This document shows, piece after piece, positions 9,778 to 18,994 of a stretch of DNA of 40,000 nucleotides. Within the stretch, counting starts at the first letter, position 1; each line of letters starts with the position of its first letter. The notes beneath the pieces are model-generated. The model saw only the letters and a program-made list of their open reading frames with translations, did not search any database and had not been told where the DNA came from. This DNA comes from an uncultured Synergistaceae bacterium (GTDB lineage: Bacteria; Synergistota; Synergistia; Synergistales; Aminiphilaceae), in contig CAZJHH010000008.1 of the NCBI GenBank assembly GCA_964545875.1, positions 74,840 through 114,839 on the forward strand, read 5' to 3'. The position numbers were made by a program, and so were the translations under genes.

Positions 9778-10827
9778 ATGAGTCACATACAGGGGCCCGC
9801 TCTTTTTCTGGCTCAGTTCTACGGAACCGAACCTCCCTTCGATACATTGCGGAATCTTACCTCCTGGGCGAAGGATCTGGGATATGAGGGGGTGCAGATT
9901 CCCGCAAACGAAAAAGGGCTTATCGACATCGACCTGGCCGCAGAATCTACCGCTTACTGCGACGAACTCAAAGAAAGCTGCAGCGGCCTGAAAATTACCG
10001 AAATCGCCTCGCACCTCTTCGGGCAGCTCGTGGCGGTACATCCCGCCTACGACGAGCTTTTCGACGTATTTACGGAGCCCTCTCTCAGAAACAATCCCCG
10101 GGAACGCCAGAAATGGGCGGTGGCAAAAATGATACGCACCATAAAGGCCTCCGCCAACCTCGGGTTGAAAGTGGTTCCCACCTTCAGCGGCGCTCTTCTC
10201 TGGCACCTTGTCTATCCCTGGCCTCAGAGACCCGGAGGACTTGTGGAGGAAGGTTTTGCGGAACTCGCCCGGCTGTGGGAGCCCGTTCTCCGCGCCGCCG
10301 AGGAATACGGTATCGATGTGGCCTACGAAATTCACCCCGGAGAGGATTTGCACGACGGAGTCAGCTTCGAGCGTTTTCTCGAGGCCACGGGAAACCATGG
10401 ACGGGTAAACATCCTCTACGATCCATCCCACTTCGTTCTGCAGTGCATGGATTATATCGGCTACATCAAAACCTACGCTCCCTACATCAAAGCTTTCCAC
10501 GTAAAGGATGCGGAGTTTGTTTCCTCTCCCCGGCAGGGAGTCTACGGAGGATACAGCTCGTGGAAGGATCGGGCGGGCCGTTTCCGCAGCCTGGGAGACG
10601 GGGACGTGGACTTTAAAAAAGTCTTTACCGCCCTTACCGAAATCGGATACGATTCTTGGGCGGTGCTCGAATGGGAATGCTGTATCAAGGATTTTCGCCA
10701 GGGTGCCCGGGAGGGAGCCCCCTTTATCCGCTCCATGATCATAGAAACAGCGGAAAAAGCCTTCGACGACTTTGCCGGAGGAGACGGGGACAGGGAAAAA
10801 AATCGAAGAATTCTGGGACTGGATTGA
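9778..10827 (+). CDS. Sugar phosphate isomerase/epimerase (xylose-isomerase-like TIM barrel)
   Basis: ATG at 9778 follows an AAGGAG SD. The sequence resembles AP-endonuclease-2/TIM-barrel family proteins (YEIHPGE, HVKD motifs). Confidence 0.8.
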   Translation: MSHIQGPALFLAQFYGTEPPFDTLRNLTSWAKDLGYEGVQIPANEKGLIDIDLAAESTAYCDELKESCSGLKITEIASHLFGQLVAVHPAYDELFDVFTEPSLRNNPRERQKWAVAKMIRTIKASANLGLKVVPTFSGALLWHLVYPWPQRPGGLVEEGFAELARLWEPVLRAAEEYGIDVAYEIHPGEDLHDGVSFERFLEATGNHGRVNILYDPSHFVLQCMDYIGYIKTYAPYIKAFHVKDAEFVSSPRQGVYGGYSSWKDRAGRFRSLGDGDVDFKKVFTALTEIGYDSWAVLEWECCIKDFRQGAREGAPFIRSMIIETAEKAFDDFAGGDGDREKNRRILGLD

Positions 10828-10870
10828 AAAATCCTCCATAACGATAAGGACAAGAACGGAGGAAATAACC

Positions 10871-12013
10871 ATGCGAAAGCTCCAAGGCGGCATTGTCGGG
10901 GGAGGTAAGGGCTCCTTCATCGGTTATGCCCACATGGGGGCGGCCACCCTTGAAGGGGAGGCTGTCATAGCGGCGGGGGTCTTTTCGTCGGATCCCGAAA
11001 AGGGAAAGGCCCGGGGAGCCGAGCTGGGGATCCATCCGAGCCGGGTTTACGAGGACTATCGAACCATGATACGGCGGGAGAAGACCCTTCCCGAGGGAGA
11101 GCGCATGGATTTCGCCATTCTCGCCACTCCCAATGCCAGCCATTACGAACTTGCCATGGCCTTTCTTCAGGAGGGGTTTCACGTCTTTTCGGATAAACCC
11201 ATGGCGACCTCTCTGGAACAGGCCCGAGAGATCCGGAGGGAGGCGAAAAGGCAAAAACGCCTCTATGCCCTTACCCACGGCTATACGGGATATCCCATGA
11301 TAAAACATGCCCGGCATCTTGTGGAGAGCGGAGCTCTCGGAGACCTGCTGAGGGTGGTGGTGGAGTATACCCAGGGATGGCTCTCTCCCCTGGTGGAGGA
11401 TCCCGAAAACTTCAAGACCTGGCATCTGGACCCTCGCATCTCCGGCCCTTCCTGTACCATGATCGACGTGGGACTCCACGCCATCAACCTGGTGCAGACC
11501 GTTACGGGGCTTATCCCCGAAAAAGTCTGTGCGGATCTGGGCTCTGCCATTCCGGGAAACTCCCTGGACGATAACGGCAGCGTGCTCATCCGGTTTGGCC
11601 GGAATGTGCCGGGGCTTCTCCACGCCTCCCAGATCTCCTCAGGAGAGGGCAACGCCCTTCGGATACGCCTGTACGGAACCCGGGGAGGGCTCTTCTGGGA
11701 TCAGGAAAGCCCGGAGGTGCTCGAACAGATGCACCCCGACGGCACCAGCACGATCTACAAAAAGGGAAGTCCCCGGCTCTGCGAGGAGGCCCGGAAGGCC
11801 GCCCGGCTCCCGGGAGGACATCCCGAGGGAATGCTTCGGGCCTTCGCGAACATCTATCAGGGAGCTTTCCGGGCCATTCGGGGAGAAGAAACTCATCCCG
11901 GCCGGGACTACCCCTGCTCCTTTCAGGGAGCGGTAACCCTGGCCTTTCTGGAAGCGGTGCTTCGGAGCGGAGCCTCGGAGGAAAAGTGGACCCCGGTGGA
12001 GCGGGTGGAGTAG
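10871..12013 (+). CDS. Gfo/Idh/MocA family oxidoreductase
   Basis: ATG at 10871 follows a GGAGGA SD. The N-terminal Rossmann region is LQGGIVGGGKGSFIG, and the EKP-like motif SDKP is present. Confidence 0.85.
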   Translation: MRKLQGGIVGGGKGSFIGYAHMGAATLEGEAVIAAGVFSSDPEKGKARGAELGIHPSRVYEDYRTMIRREKTLPEGERMDFAILATPNASHYELAMAFLQEGFHVFSDKPMATSLEQAREIRREAKRQKRLYALTHGYTGYPMIKHARHLVESGALGDLLRVVVEYTQGWLSPLVEDPENFKTWHLDPRISGPSCTMIDVGLHAINLVQTVTGLIPEKVCADLGSAIPGNSLDDNGSVLIRFGRNVPGLLHASQISSGEGNALRIRLYGTRGGLFWDQESPEVLEQMHPDGTSTIYKKGSPRLCEEARKAARLPGGHPEGMLRAFANIYQGAFRAIRGEETHPGRDYPCSFQGAVTLAFLEAVLRSGASEEKWTPVERVE

Positions 12014-12560
12014 CGGTTCCCTTTCCCTGTCTCCCGACAGGCATCTCCAAATTTTTGGGGTTTTGCGCCGGGAGTAACGTGCATATGGGAATGTCCCGGC
12101 ATGTTCGTTGTCTTGAAGTTTTACGCTTGATGCAACGAGCTGGCGGAATATCGCAAAACCCTCACCATCTTCGCATGAATGGGCAAGCAAGGACGAGATC
12201 CCAGCATACGTGTGAGGCTGATTCCAGGTTTGCGATCATCCAAGATTTTCAGCAACCATAAGATTTAGAGGGGATTCAGGCTTTTGCTTGTCTCCTCTTT
12301 TTTATGCTTACGGACCTTGTCTCAGCCTCAACTTTTTCGACGGGGGAGAGAAGTCCGTTTTTAGAGGGGCATCACTTCAAGATCGGTGCCGGTATAACTG
12401 TTTGTTGGAAGATGAAAATACCCAGAAGGGAGGCGAAGTCTTTGAACTTCTAAAAACAGGAAGTGGTGCGGCATATCATTATTTGTACATGGTAGGTGGT
12501 GTCCTTCTGTTCTCAAAAGGATTGAATCCCCCATCGTGTGCCACGGAAAAGATTTTCCTG

Positions 12561-12589
12561 TTGACAAGCAACGGGAAAGTGTCTAAAGT
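12561..12589 (+). promoter_or_regulatory. Candidate sigma70-type promoter for the yheO-like/ridA genes
   Basis: TTGACA, a 17-nt spacer, then TAAAGT, about 60 nt upstream of the 12651 start. Confidence 0.35.
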
Positions 12590-12650
12590 GCTGAATGAGC
12601 AAAAAATATTTTTACATCAAAAAATTTTTTTAAAGAGGTGTTTTCCCGCT

Positions 12651-13295
12651 ATGCCGAACTCGGATGATTTTATGCTCGAGTCATTTATTCCCTTGGTGGA
12701 GACCGTAGCAACGCAATTTGGAGCAAACTGTGAAGTAGCCTTGCATGATTTACGAAAACCCCAGGAGTCTCTAATCGCAATTTCCGGCAGCTTGACTGGA
12801 AGATCTTTGGGCGCTCCTATCACAAATTACGTATTGAATCTTATCAAAAAGCATGGAGATAGCGTAGAGCAGAGTTGCATTTATGCGAGCAAAACTTCGG
12901 ATGGGCGCAGATTGAAATCTTCTACGACGTTTATCTATAACGCCTCGGGGCACGTGATCGGGTGTTTTTGCATAAATTTTTGTGTGGAAAAGTTTATGTC
13001 TTCCAGTGAAACATTGCAGGAATTCTGTTCCGTGCAGGATGAAAACGAAAATCCTGGAGAGCGGTTCGCCAACGATGTTCATGAAGTTGCCCAGGGAATT
13101 ATCAGCGATGTTATGAACAAACAATCCGTTCCCGTGGAACGAATGGATCGGTCTGAAAAATTGGATATCGTTCGAGAACTCGATGCCCGGGGACTTTTTC
13201 TCGTAAAAGGTACTGTGGAGCATGTCGCTTCCTGTTTGGGAATTTCGAAATACACCCTGTATAGCTACATGGATCAGGTGAAGGAAAGCAAGTAA
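12651..13295 (+). CDS. YheO-like PAS-domain / HTH transcriptional regulator
   Basis: 214 aa from ATG 12651. N-terminal [49 protein letters not shown] matches the YheO-type PAS domain as I recall it. The C-terminal [16 protein letters not shown] is an HTH. The ORF-track extension back to 12288 is not supported. Confidence 0.7.
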   Translation: MPNSDDFMLESFIPLVETVATQFGANCEVALHDLRKPQESLIAISGSLTGRSLGAPITNYVLNLIKKHGDSVEQSCIYASKTSDGRRLKSSTTFIYNASGHVIGCFCINFCVEKFMSSSETLQEFCSVQDENENPGERFANDVHEVAQGIISDVMNKQSVPVERMDRSEKLDIVRELDARGLFLVKGTVEHVASCLGISKYTLYSYMDQVKESK

Positions 13296-13323
13296 ATCTG
13301 GAATAGATATGGAGGAAATTGTT

Positions 13324-13713
13324 ATGACAACGCGCAAAACAATTGCTACAACAAAGGCTCCTGCGGCCATAGGCCCGTATTCTCAGGGAATCATGATAGG
13401 GGACATGCTCTTTTCGTCGGGGCAGATTCCCATAGATCCCAGAACCGGAGAAATGCGGGAGAAAGATATTGTGGTGCAGGCCCGGCAAGTTTTTTCCAAC
13501 CTCAAAGCTGTTCTTGAAGAAGCGGGCATGACTTTGGGCGATGTGGTGAAGACCACGGTTTTTCTGGCAAATATGGCGGATTTCCCCGTTCTTAACGAGG
13601 TGTATGCCACCTATTTCGATAAAAGCTATCCTGCCCGTTCCTGCGTTGAAGTGGCTCGTCTTCCGAAGGATAGCCTTGTGGAAATCGAAGTAATCGCTCA
13701 AAAGAAAAAATAA
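13324..13713 (+). CDS. ridA: RidA/YjgF family reactive enamine-imine deaminase
   Basis: ATG at 13324 lies 7 nt after GGAGG. The sequence [12 protein letters not shown]...SGQIPIDP...[11 protein letters not shown]...VEIEVIA is canonical RidA. Confidence 0.9.
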   Translation: MTTRKTIATTKAPAAIGPYSQGIMIGDMLFSSGQIPIDPRTGEMREKDIVVQARQVFSNLKAVLEEAGMTLGDVVKTTVFLANMADFPVLNEVYATYFDKSYPARSCVEVARLPKDSLVEIEVIAQKKK

Positions 13714-13813
13714 CGCAGCAGAAGCCATGTTTTTTCGAGGATACCCGAAGCTCGATTGTTAGATCAAGCCACGCCGTTAGAAAGACTTTCGCGCACCGAG
13801 GCCGAGAAGAGGC

Positions 13814-13960
13814 ATGGCGACGTATACATTAAAAAATGGTTGCATATCTCCGAGGCTTGGAGGAAACAAGGTGCGAAGCCTTGAGTTCTGGATGGGGCAG
13901 GATTTGTCGGGAAATTACGACATGGTGCTGGCGGCGGAAGCTCACTGTATGCCTTGGCAC
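13814..13960 (+). pseudogene. Possible remnant of a D-cysteine desulfhydrase/ACC-deaminase-family gene
   Basis: The translation TLKNGCISPRLGGNKVRSLEFWMGQDLSGNYDMVLAAE parallels FMKRDDLTSLAVGGNKARKLEFLLGEALAEGADTVFTAG of the intact gene at 16497. The shared pattern is GGNK-R-LEF--G--L----D-V--A. The upstream frame is closed by a stop and the downstream part diverges. Confidence 0.3.
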
Positions 13961-14267
13961 GGTTTCATAATTTTTTACATCGTCATGGCTATGGCCGTGT
14001 ATCTTCTTCATGAATTTACTCCTTTCGCTATCATCATTCATAACGACCTTGCCGTTATCGCGGCGCTTTTGATGCTTTTGCTTATCTTTACTGGACTAAA
14101 TCGCTTTATCCCTCTTTTTCGTACTCCTTTGGAACCGGCGGTGTCTCTTGAAGATATGAATAAGCAAATTTTTATGACAAATAAATTTGCTTAAAATTAA
14201 AGTTTGTGATTCGACAAATGTTCCGTTGTTTTGTAGCTCGAATGAAAACACGGCGAAAGGGACGAAA

Positions 14268-15098
14268 ATGATTTCTGGCGTGAAAATGAATAGCAATGGA
14301 AACGATTTTATCGTGCTGGACAACAGTGATTGGCGCTGGAACTCTTCCGAAATGTCGAAAATGGCGCTTGCTCTGTGCCGGCGTCGGGAATCGGTGGGGG
14401 CCGATGGGCTCCTTGCTGTGGAGTCGTCGGAAAAATGCCATTTTATGATGCGGCTTTTCAATCGGGATGGCTCAGAGGGAGAAATGTGCGGCAACGGAGC
14501 GAGGTGTATCGCTCGATACGCCTACGAAAAAGGAATAGCTCCTCAACAAATGACTTTTGAAACCTTGGCCGGTCATATTTCGGCTACGGTTACTCCTCCT
14601 TCGGTAAAGCTCTCTATGAATGAAGTAAACCTTTCCGAGATGATTCTGGATTGTCCTGTAGAGTTCGAAGGATTTCACACGAGGTACTCGTTTTTAACGG
14701 CTGGAGTTCCCCATGCGGTTCTTTTTATTGGCGATCTTCATGAGAAAAGCCTCGCTACATTGGCCTCCTGGGGAAAGACGCTTCGCTACCGCACGGATCT
14801 TTTTCCCCAGGGAGCAAATATAAATTTCGTTTGTCTGAAAGAGAAGGCTCTTTATACCATAACTTACGAAAGGGGGGTAGAGGATATTACCCGTTCGTGC
14901 GGAACCGGAGCGGTGGCAAGCGCTATTGTGGCATATCGTACGGGTAAATGTGATTCTGAGGTGGAAGTAGATAGCCTTGGAGGCAGAAATCATGTCTCTC
15001 TCGTTCTTGGTGAGAAGGGAAGAAGAGTGTTTCCCTTTCTCGCAGGGAGTACCGTTTTTGTCGCCCGGATGGAAATCTTGGAAGAATCTCTTGCGTAA
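14268..15098 (+). CDS. dapF: Diaminopimelate-epimerase-family (DapF-type) two-cysteine epimerase
   Basis: The start is MISGVKMNSNGNDFIVLDN. Both catalytic Cys motifs are present (MCGNGARC and SCGTGAVAS). Substrate is uncertain given the catabolic context. Confidence 0.8.
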   Translation: MISGVKMNSNGNDFIVLDNSDWRWNSSEMSKMALALCRRRESVGADGLLAVESSEKCHFMMRLFNRDGSEGEMCGNGARCIARYAYEKGIAPQQMTFETLAGHISATVTPPSVKLSMNEVNLSEMILDCPVEFEGFHTRYSFLTAGVPHAVLFIGDLHEKSLATLASWGKTLRYRTDLFPQGANINFVCLKEKALYTITYERGVEDITRSCGTGAVASAIVAYRTGKCDSEVEVDSLGGRNHVSLVLGEKGRRVFPFLAGSTVFVARMEILEESLA

Positions 15099-15167
15099 AG
15101 CTTGAGAAAATGCATCGGGGAAACTCTTATGTATCCAAGAGAGATTGAATAAGGAAGGTGTAATCCC

Positions 15168-16427
15168 ATGTCTGGTGAGAAAAGGAATAGTGTATGGAAG
15201 ACGTATCGATTTCCCCTCATTCTCATAGGAGCCATTGCCTTGGGCTGTGTTCTCGGTGTTGTGATGGGAAAAAACGCAGTAATGTTCAAACCCCTTGGAG
15301 ATATTTTCCTCAACGCCATGTTTATGATCGTGGTTCCTCTCGTTTTTACCACCGTATGCAGCGCCGTATCGAACATGTCCTCCATGAAGCGTTTGGGGCG
15401 CGTCATGGGATCTCTCGTCACGGTTTTTCTCGTTACCGGGGCTATTGCTGCCGTTCTTATGTTGGTGGCGGTAAAGCTTTTTCCTCCTGCTGCAGGGGCA
15501 TCGCTTTCTTTTTCAACTCCCGAAAATTTACAGCCTTTGAGTACGGCGGGTCAAATCGTTAAGGCCATTACGGTCAGCGATTTTCAAGATCTTCTTTCCA
15601 GAAGTCATATGTTGCCTCTGATTCTTTTTTCCATTCTTTTCGGTATCAGTCTTCAGATGCTGGGCGAAAAAGCAAAACCCATCGCCAGAGGAATTTCCAT
15701 TCTCGCAGATGCCATGCTGAAAATCGTGAAGATTATCATGTACTACGCTCCTATCGGATTGGCTGCGTACTTTGCCGCTCTTGTGGGTGATTTCGGGCCG
15801 AATCTTCTGGGTACGTATGTGCGTTCCATGGCCGTATACCATGTGGTAACCATTGCCTACTTCTTCGTGGCTTTTACCCTTTATTCCGCATGGGCAGCGG
15901 GAGAAAAAGGAACCAGAGCTTTCTGGAAGCATATTTTGGCTCCGGCGGTAACTGCCCTGGGTACGCAGAGCAGCACAGCCACTCTTCCTGTGAACCTTGA
16001 AGCCGCCCATAACATAGGTATACCCGACGATATCAGTGAAGTTGTTCTTCCCGTAGGGGCTACCGCCCACATGGAAGGCTCCTGTTTAAGTGGAATCCTA
16101 AAAATAGCGTTTCTTTTCGGCATTTTTAATATGCCTTTTACCGGATTGGGTACTTTTGGCAGCGCAATTTTAGTTTCGGTTTTGAGCGGAGTGGTTCTTT
16201 CCGGAGTCCCTGGAGGAGGACTGGTGGGAGAAATGCTTATCGTCAGCCTTTATGGATTTCCTCCCGAAGCCTTTCCCATAATCGCGACTCTGGGCTTTCT
16301 TGTGGATCCTGCGGCAACTATGGTTAACGCTACGGGGGATACCTGCTCTTCCATGATTGTTGCACGTATGGTGGAAGGCAAGGGGTGGTTTGAAGAATCC
16401 CGGAAAGCCCTGGCTGAAGAAGCGTAG
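15168..16427 (+). CDS. Dicarboxylate/amino acid:cation symporter (DAACS) family transporter
   Basis: 419 aa, polytopic, with a sequence typical of the GltP/DctA/TcyP family (PLVFTTV, ...SSTATLPV..., ...NATGD...). Confidence 0.85.
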   Translation: MSGEKRNSVWKTYRFPLILIGAIALGCVLGVVMGKNAVMFKPLGDIFLNAMFMIVVPLVFTTVCSAVSNMSSMKRLGRVMGSLVTVFLVTGAIAAVLMLVAVKLFPPAAGASLSFSTPENLQPLSTAGQIVKAITVSDFQDLLSRSHMLPLILFSILFGISLQMLGEKAKPIARGISILADAMLKIVKIIMYYAPIGLAAYFAALVGDFGPNLLGTYVRSMAVYHVVTIAYFFVAFTLYSAWAAGEKGTRAFWKHILAPAVTALGTQSSTATLPVNLEAAHNIGIPDDISEVVLPVGATAHMEGSCLSGILKIAFLFGIFNMPFTGLGTFGSAILVSVLSGVVLSGVPGGGLVGEMLIVSLYGFPPEAFPIIATLGFLVDPAATMVNATGDTCSSMIVARMVEGKGWFEESRKALAEEA

Positions 16428-16452
16428 GTTTTTCAGAAAAAAATTGATTTTC

Positions 16453-16481
16453 CCCGCAGTTTCCTGACGGGAAGCTGCGGG
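16453..16481 (+). terminator. Intergenic hairpin (attenuator or weak terminator) between the symporter and the PLP-enzyme gene
   Basis: CCCGCAGTTTCC-TGAC-GGGAAGCTGCGGG is a near-perfect stem. A T-run follows only after the downstream SD. Confidence 0.3.
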
Positions 16482-16496
16482 CAGGGAGGTTTTTTT

Positions 16497-17513
16497 ATGT
16501 CAGTTGAAAAAATTAAAAAAAAGCTGGAGAGCTTTCCTCGTTTTTCTTTAATCGCTACGCCCACGCCCCTCATGCCTCTCGAAAATCTCAGCAAGGATTT
16601 GGGAGTTCGGCTTTTCATGAAAAGAGACGATCTTACAAGTCTGGCCGTAGGGGGCAATAAGGCAAGGAAGTTGGAATTTCTTCTTGGGGAGGCCCTTGCG
16701 GAAGGGGCGGACACCGTCTTTACGGCGGGGTGGTATCACTCCAATCATGCGTTGCTTACCGCTGCGGCTGCAGGGAAGGCCAACCTTGATTCGATTCTCT
16801 TTCTTAAAGGAAAGGATCCTCATTACAAGGGAAGCCTTTTTCTCGACGCTTTAACCGGAGCCGAAGTTAGAATTTTCGACGTTTCCGATAGCTCGCTTTT
16901 GTCTTCGTACATGGAAGAAGCAGCTTCGGTTCTTCGAACCCAAGGGAAAAAGCCGTACATAATTCCTGTGGGAGGATCTAATTCCGTTGGTTCTTTGGGA
17001 TATGTAGCGGGGGCAATTGAATTGGCAGAACAGCTCCGCGTATTGGACATGATTCCCGATTACGTGGTTATTCCTACCAGTAGCGGAGGTACCCATGCGG
17101 GAGTGTTGTGCGGATTGAGAGAGGCTTTGCCCGAAACGAAGGTTCTCGGTATCGGAGTTGGAGACGATCCTGAAGAGCTGCAAAAAAAGGTGTTTGATAT
17201 TTCTCAGGATCTTTCAAGAATTCTCGATTTGAGCCCCTGGGATGAAAAAAATTTAAAAGAGGGTTTTTGTTTCGATTACGGATTTGGCCCCTACGGAACT
17301 CTGGATGCTTCGGTTATGAAATTTATTCGCAAAATAGGCTCAAGGGAAGGCCTTTTCCTGGATCCTGTCTATACGGCCAAGGCTTTCTACGGACTTGTGG
17401 ACTTGGTGGAAAAAAAGATTATTCCTCAGGGAGCGAAAATTGTTTTCATTCATACCGGAGGGCTGAGCAGCCTTTTCCAATATGAAGAAGAAGTTATAAA
17501 AATGCTGGAGTAG
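16497..17513 (+). CDS. D-cysteine desulfhydrase / ACC deaminase family PLP-dependent enzyme
   Basis: 338 aa. TPTPL...KRDDLTSLAVGGNKARKLEFLLGEAL contains the PLP-lysine motif of the family, and the glycine-rich SSGGTHAG loop is present. Confidence 0.85.
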   Translation: MSVEKIKKKLESFPRFSLIATPTPLMPLENLSKDLGVRLFMKRDDLTSLAVGGNKARKLEFLLGEALAEGADTVFTAGWYHSNHALLTAAAAGKANLDSILFLKGKDPHYKGSLFLDALTGAEVRIFDVSDSSLLSSYMEEAASVLRTQGKKPYIIPVGGSNSVGSLGYVAGAIELAEQLRVLDMIPDYVVIPTSSGGTHAGVLCGLREALPETKVLGIGVGDDPEELQKKVFDISQDLSRILDLSPWDEKNLKEGFCFDYGFGPYGTLDASVMKFIRKIGSREGLFLDPVYTAKAFYGLVDLVEKKIIPQGAKIVFIHTGGLSSLFQYEEEVIKMLE

Positions 17514-17718
17514 GCATCGATGTTTTGCCTCAGGCTTTGTATGGGCCCCCTTTCTTCATGTTACGAGGAGGGATTGAAAAAATAATCCTGCTACCTCCCC
17601 CCTTAACCCTTCCCCAAGAGATGACAATGTGCGATTTGTCTTTGTTCTTGCGGGGAAGGGTTTTCTATGTGGACAAGGGGGTATGCGGTTTTTTGAAAAC
17701 ACGAGGAGAAGATCCTTT

Positions 17719-18753
17719 ATGAATATAGATTTGAATTATGTAGAAAAACTTCTTTTGGAGATTCTTGCCATTCCTTCAATATCTGGGGAATGTGGTGCAA
17801 TCCTGGCCCGTTTGGAAAAAGAGTTTGAGAAGCTGGAAATACCGGTGATAAGAACGCGAAAAGGAGCTCTTATCGGAAAATGGGAAGGTCGGGAGGAGGG
17901 AGAAGAACGCCTTGTGTCCGCTCATGTCGATACCCTTGGTGCCGTGGTTCGGCAAATTAAGCCTAATGGTCGTTTGCGCCTGCTGCCCATAGGTGGGTTT
18001 GCCTGGGCGTCTTTGGAGGGAGAAAACGTTCTGGTTCGTTCTCTTGACGGCCGGGAATTCACGGGCTCTTTGTTGCCGGAAAAATCTTCGGTTCATATGT
18101 TTTCGGATATCGTTCGGGAAACGCTTCGTGATGAAGAAAGTATGGAAGTTCGCCTAGATGTTGTTTCTTCATCCCGTGAAGAAACGGAAAATCTCGGCAT
18201 TCGCCCTGGGGATTTCGTTTTTTTCGATCCGCGTCCAGTAATCACGCCGGAGGGGTTTCTCAAAGCGCGTTTTTTAGATGATAAGGCTTGCGTTGCCGTG
18301 CTTTTCGGTGTATTACACGCCCTGAAAAGAGACGGGCTTGTTCCCAGTAAAACCGTGCATTTCTACCTTAGCGATAATGAGGAGATCGGTCATGGCATAT
18401 CTTTTATCCCTGAAAGAGTCGAAGAAATTGTCGCCTTGGATATTGGCATTGTAGCAGAGGGAACAGCTTCTTCCGAGCAGTGTGTTTCCATTGCCGCAAG
18501 AGATAGTAAATCTACATATCATCTTGCTTTGCGGCGGCATCTCACCATGCTTGCCGAAAAATATGGTATTGATTATCGAACCGATGTCTATTACCGCTAC
18601 GGCTCCGATGCTACCGCCTGCATACTTCGTGGCGTGGATGCCACGTTTGCGTGTTTTGGCCCGGGGGTAGATGCTACACATCATTATGAGCGCACCCATC
18701 GCAAAGCTCTGGAAGCCACCGCAAAACTACTTATGGCATACGTGACCAGTTAG
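17719..18753 (+). CDS. M42 family metallopeptidase (glutamyl aminopeptidase / FrvX-like)
   Basis: ATG at 17719 follows an AGGAG SD. The sequence LLEILAIPSISGEC...SAHVDTLG...LDDKACV...EEIGHG shows M42-type metal-ligand motifs. Confidence 0.8.
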   Translation: MNIDLNYVEKLLLEILAIPSISGECGAILARLEKEFEKLEIPVIRTRKGALIGKWEGREEGEERLVSAHVDTLGAVVRQIKPNGRLRLLPIGGFAWASLEGENVLVRSLDGREFTGSLLPEKSSVHMFSDIVRETLRDEESMEVRLDVVSSSREETENLGIRPGDFVFFDPRPVITPEGFLKARFLDDKACVAVLFGVLHALKRDGLVPSKTVHFYLSDNEEIGHGISFIPERVEEIVALDIGIVAEGTASSEQCVSIAARDSKSTYHLALRRHLTMLAEKYGIDYRTDVYYRYGSDATACILRGVDATFACFGPGVDATHHYERTHRKALEATAKLLMAYVTS

Positions 18754-18826
18754 TTCTCTCGTTTTGACGCGGGGAGATCTGAGGGGTCTTCCGATTAGAC
18801 AAAAAATTTTTGTTGCACAAAAAAAT

Positions 18827-18855
18827 TTGACATATGTTGTGGTGCCTGATAAGCT
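18827..18855 (+). promoter_or_regulatory. Candidate sigma70-type promoter upstream of the cysteine-desulfidase-like gene
   Basis: TTGACA, a 17-nt spacer, then TAAGCT. This leaves an AT-rich leader of about 140 nt. Confidence 0.3.
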
Positions 18856-18994
18856 TTATTTGAAAATGTCAAAGTGACGATAAATTTTTAATCTTAAAAA
18901 AGTTTCTCCATGCGTGTTGTCCTTTTTTGTGTGTGGTTTTGTGCCGTATTTTTGAAAAAACACAGAGGCTTTTATTTTTGAGAAGGTGAATGTT

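Noticed and set aside
12288-12650. N-terminal 121-codon extension of the yheO-like ORF given by the ORF track.
   Set aside because: The YheO-type domain begins at the ATG at 12651. The extension contains a candidate promoter (12561-12589), has AT-rich low-complexity sequence and no SD.
13814-14194. Full 126-aa ORF read as a bona fide small membrane protein gene.
   Set aside because: It has no SD. Its N-terminal part looks like a decayed DcyD-family fragment and the hydrophobic tail may be fortuitous. It is kept only as a low-confidence pseudogene remnant.
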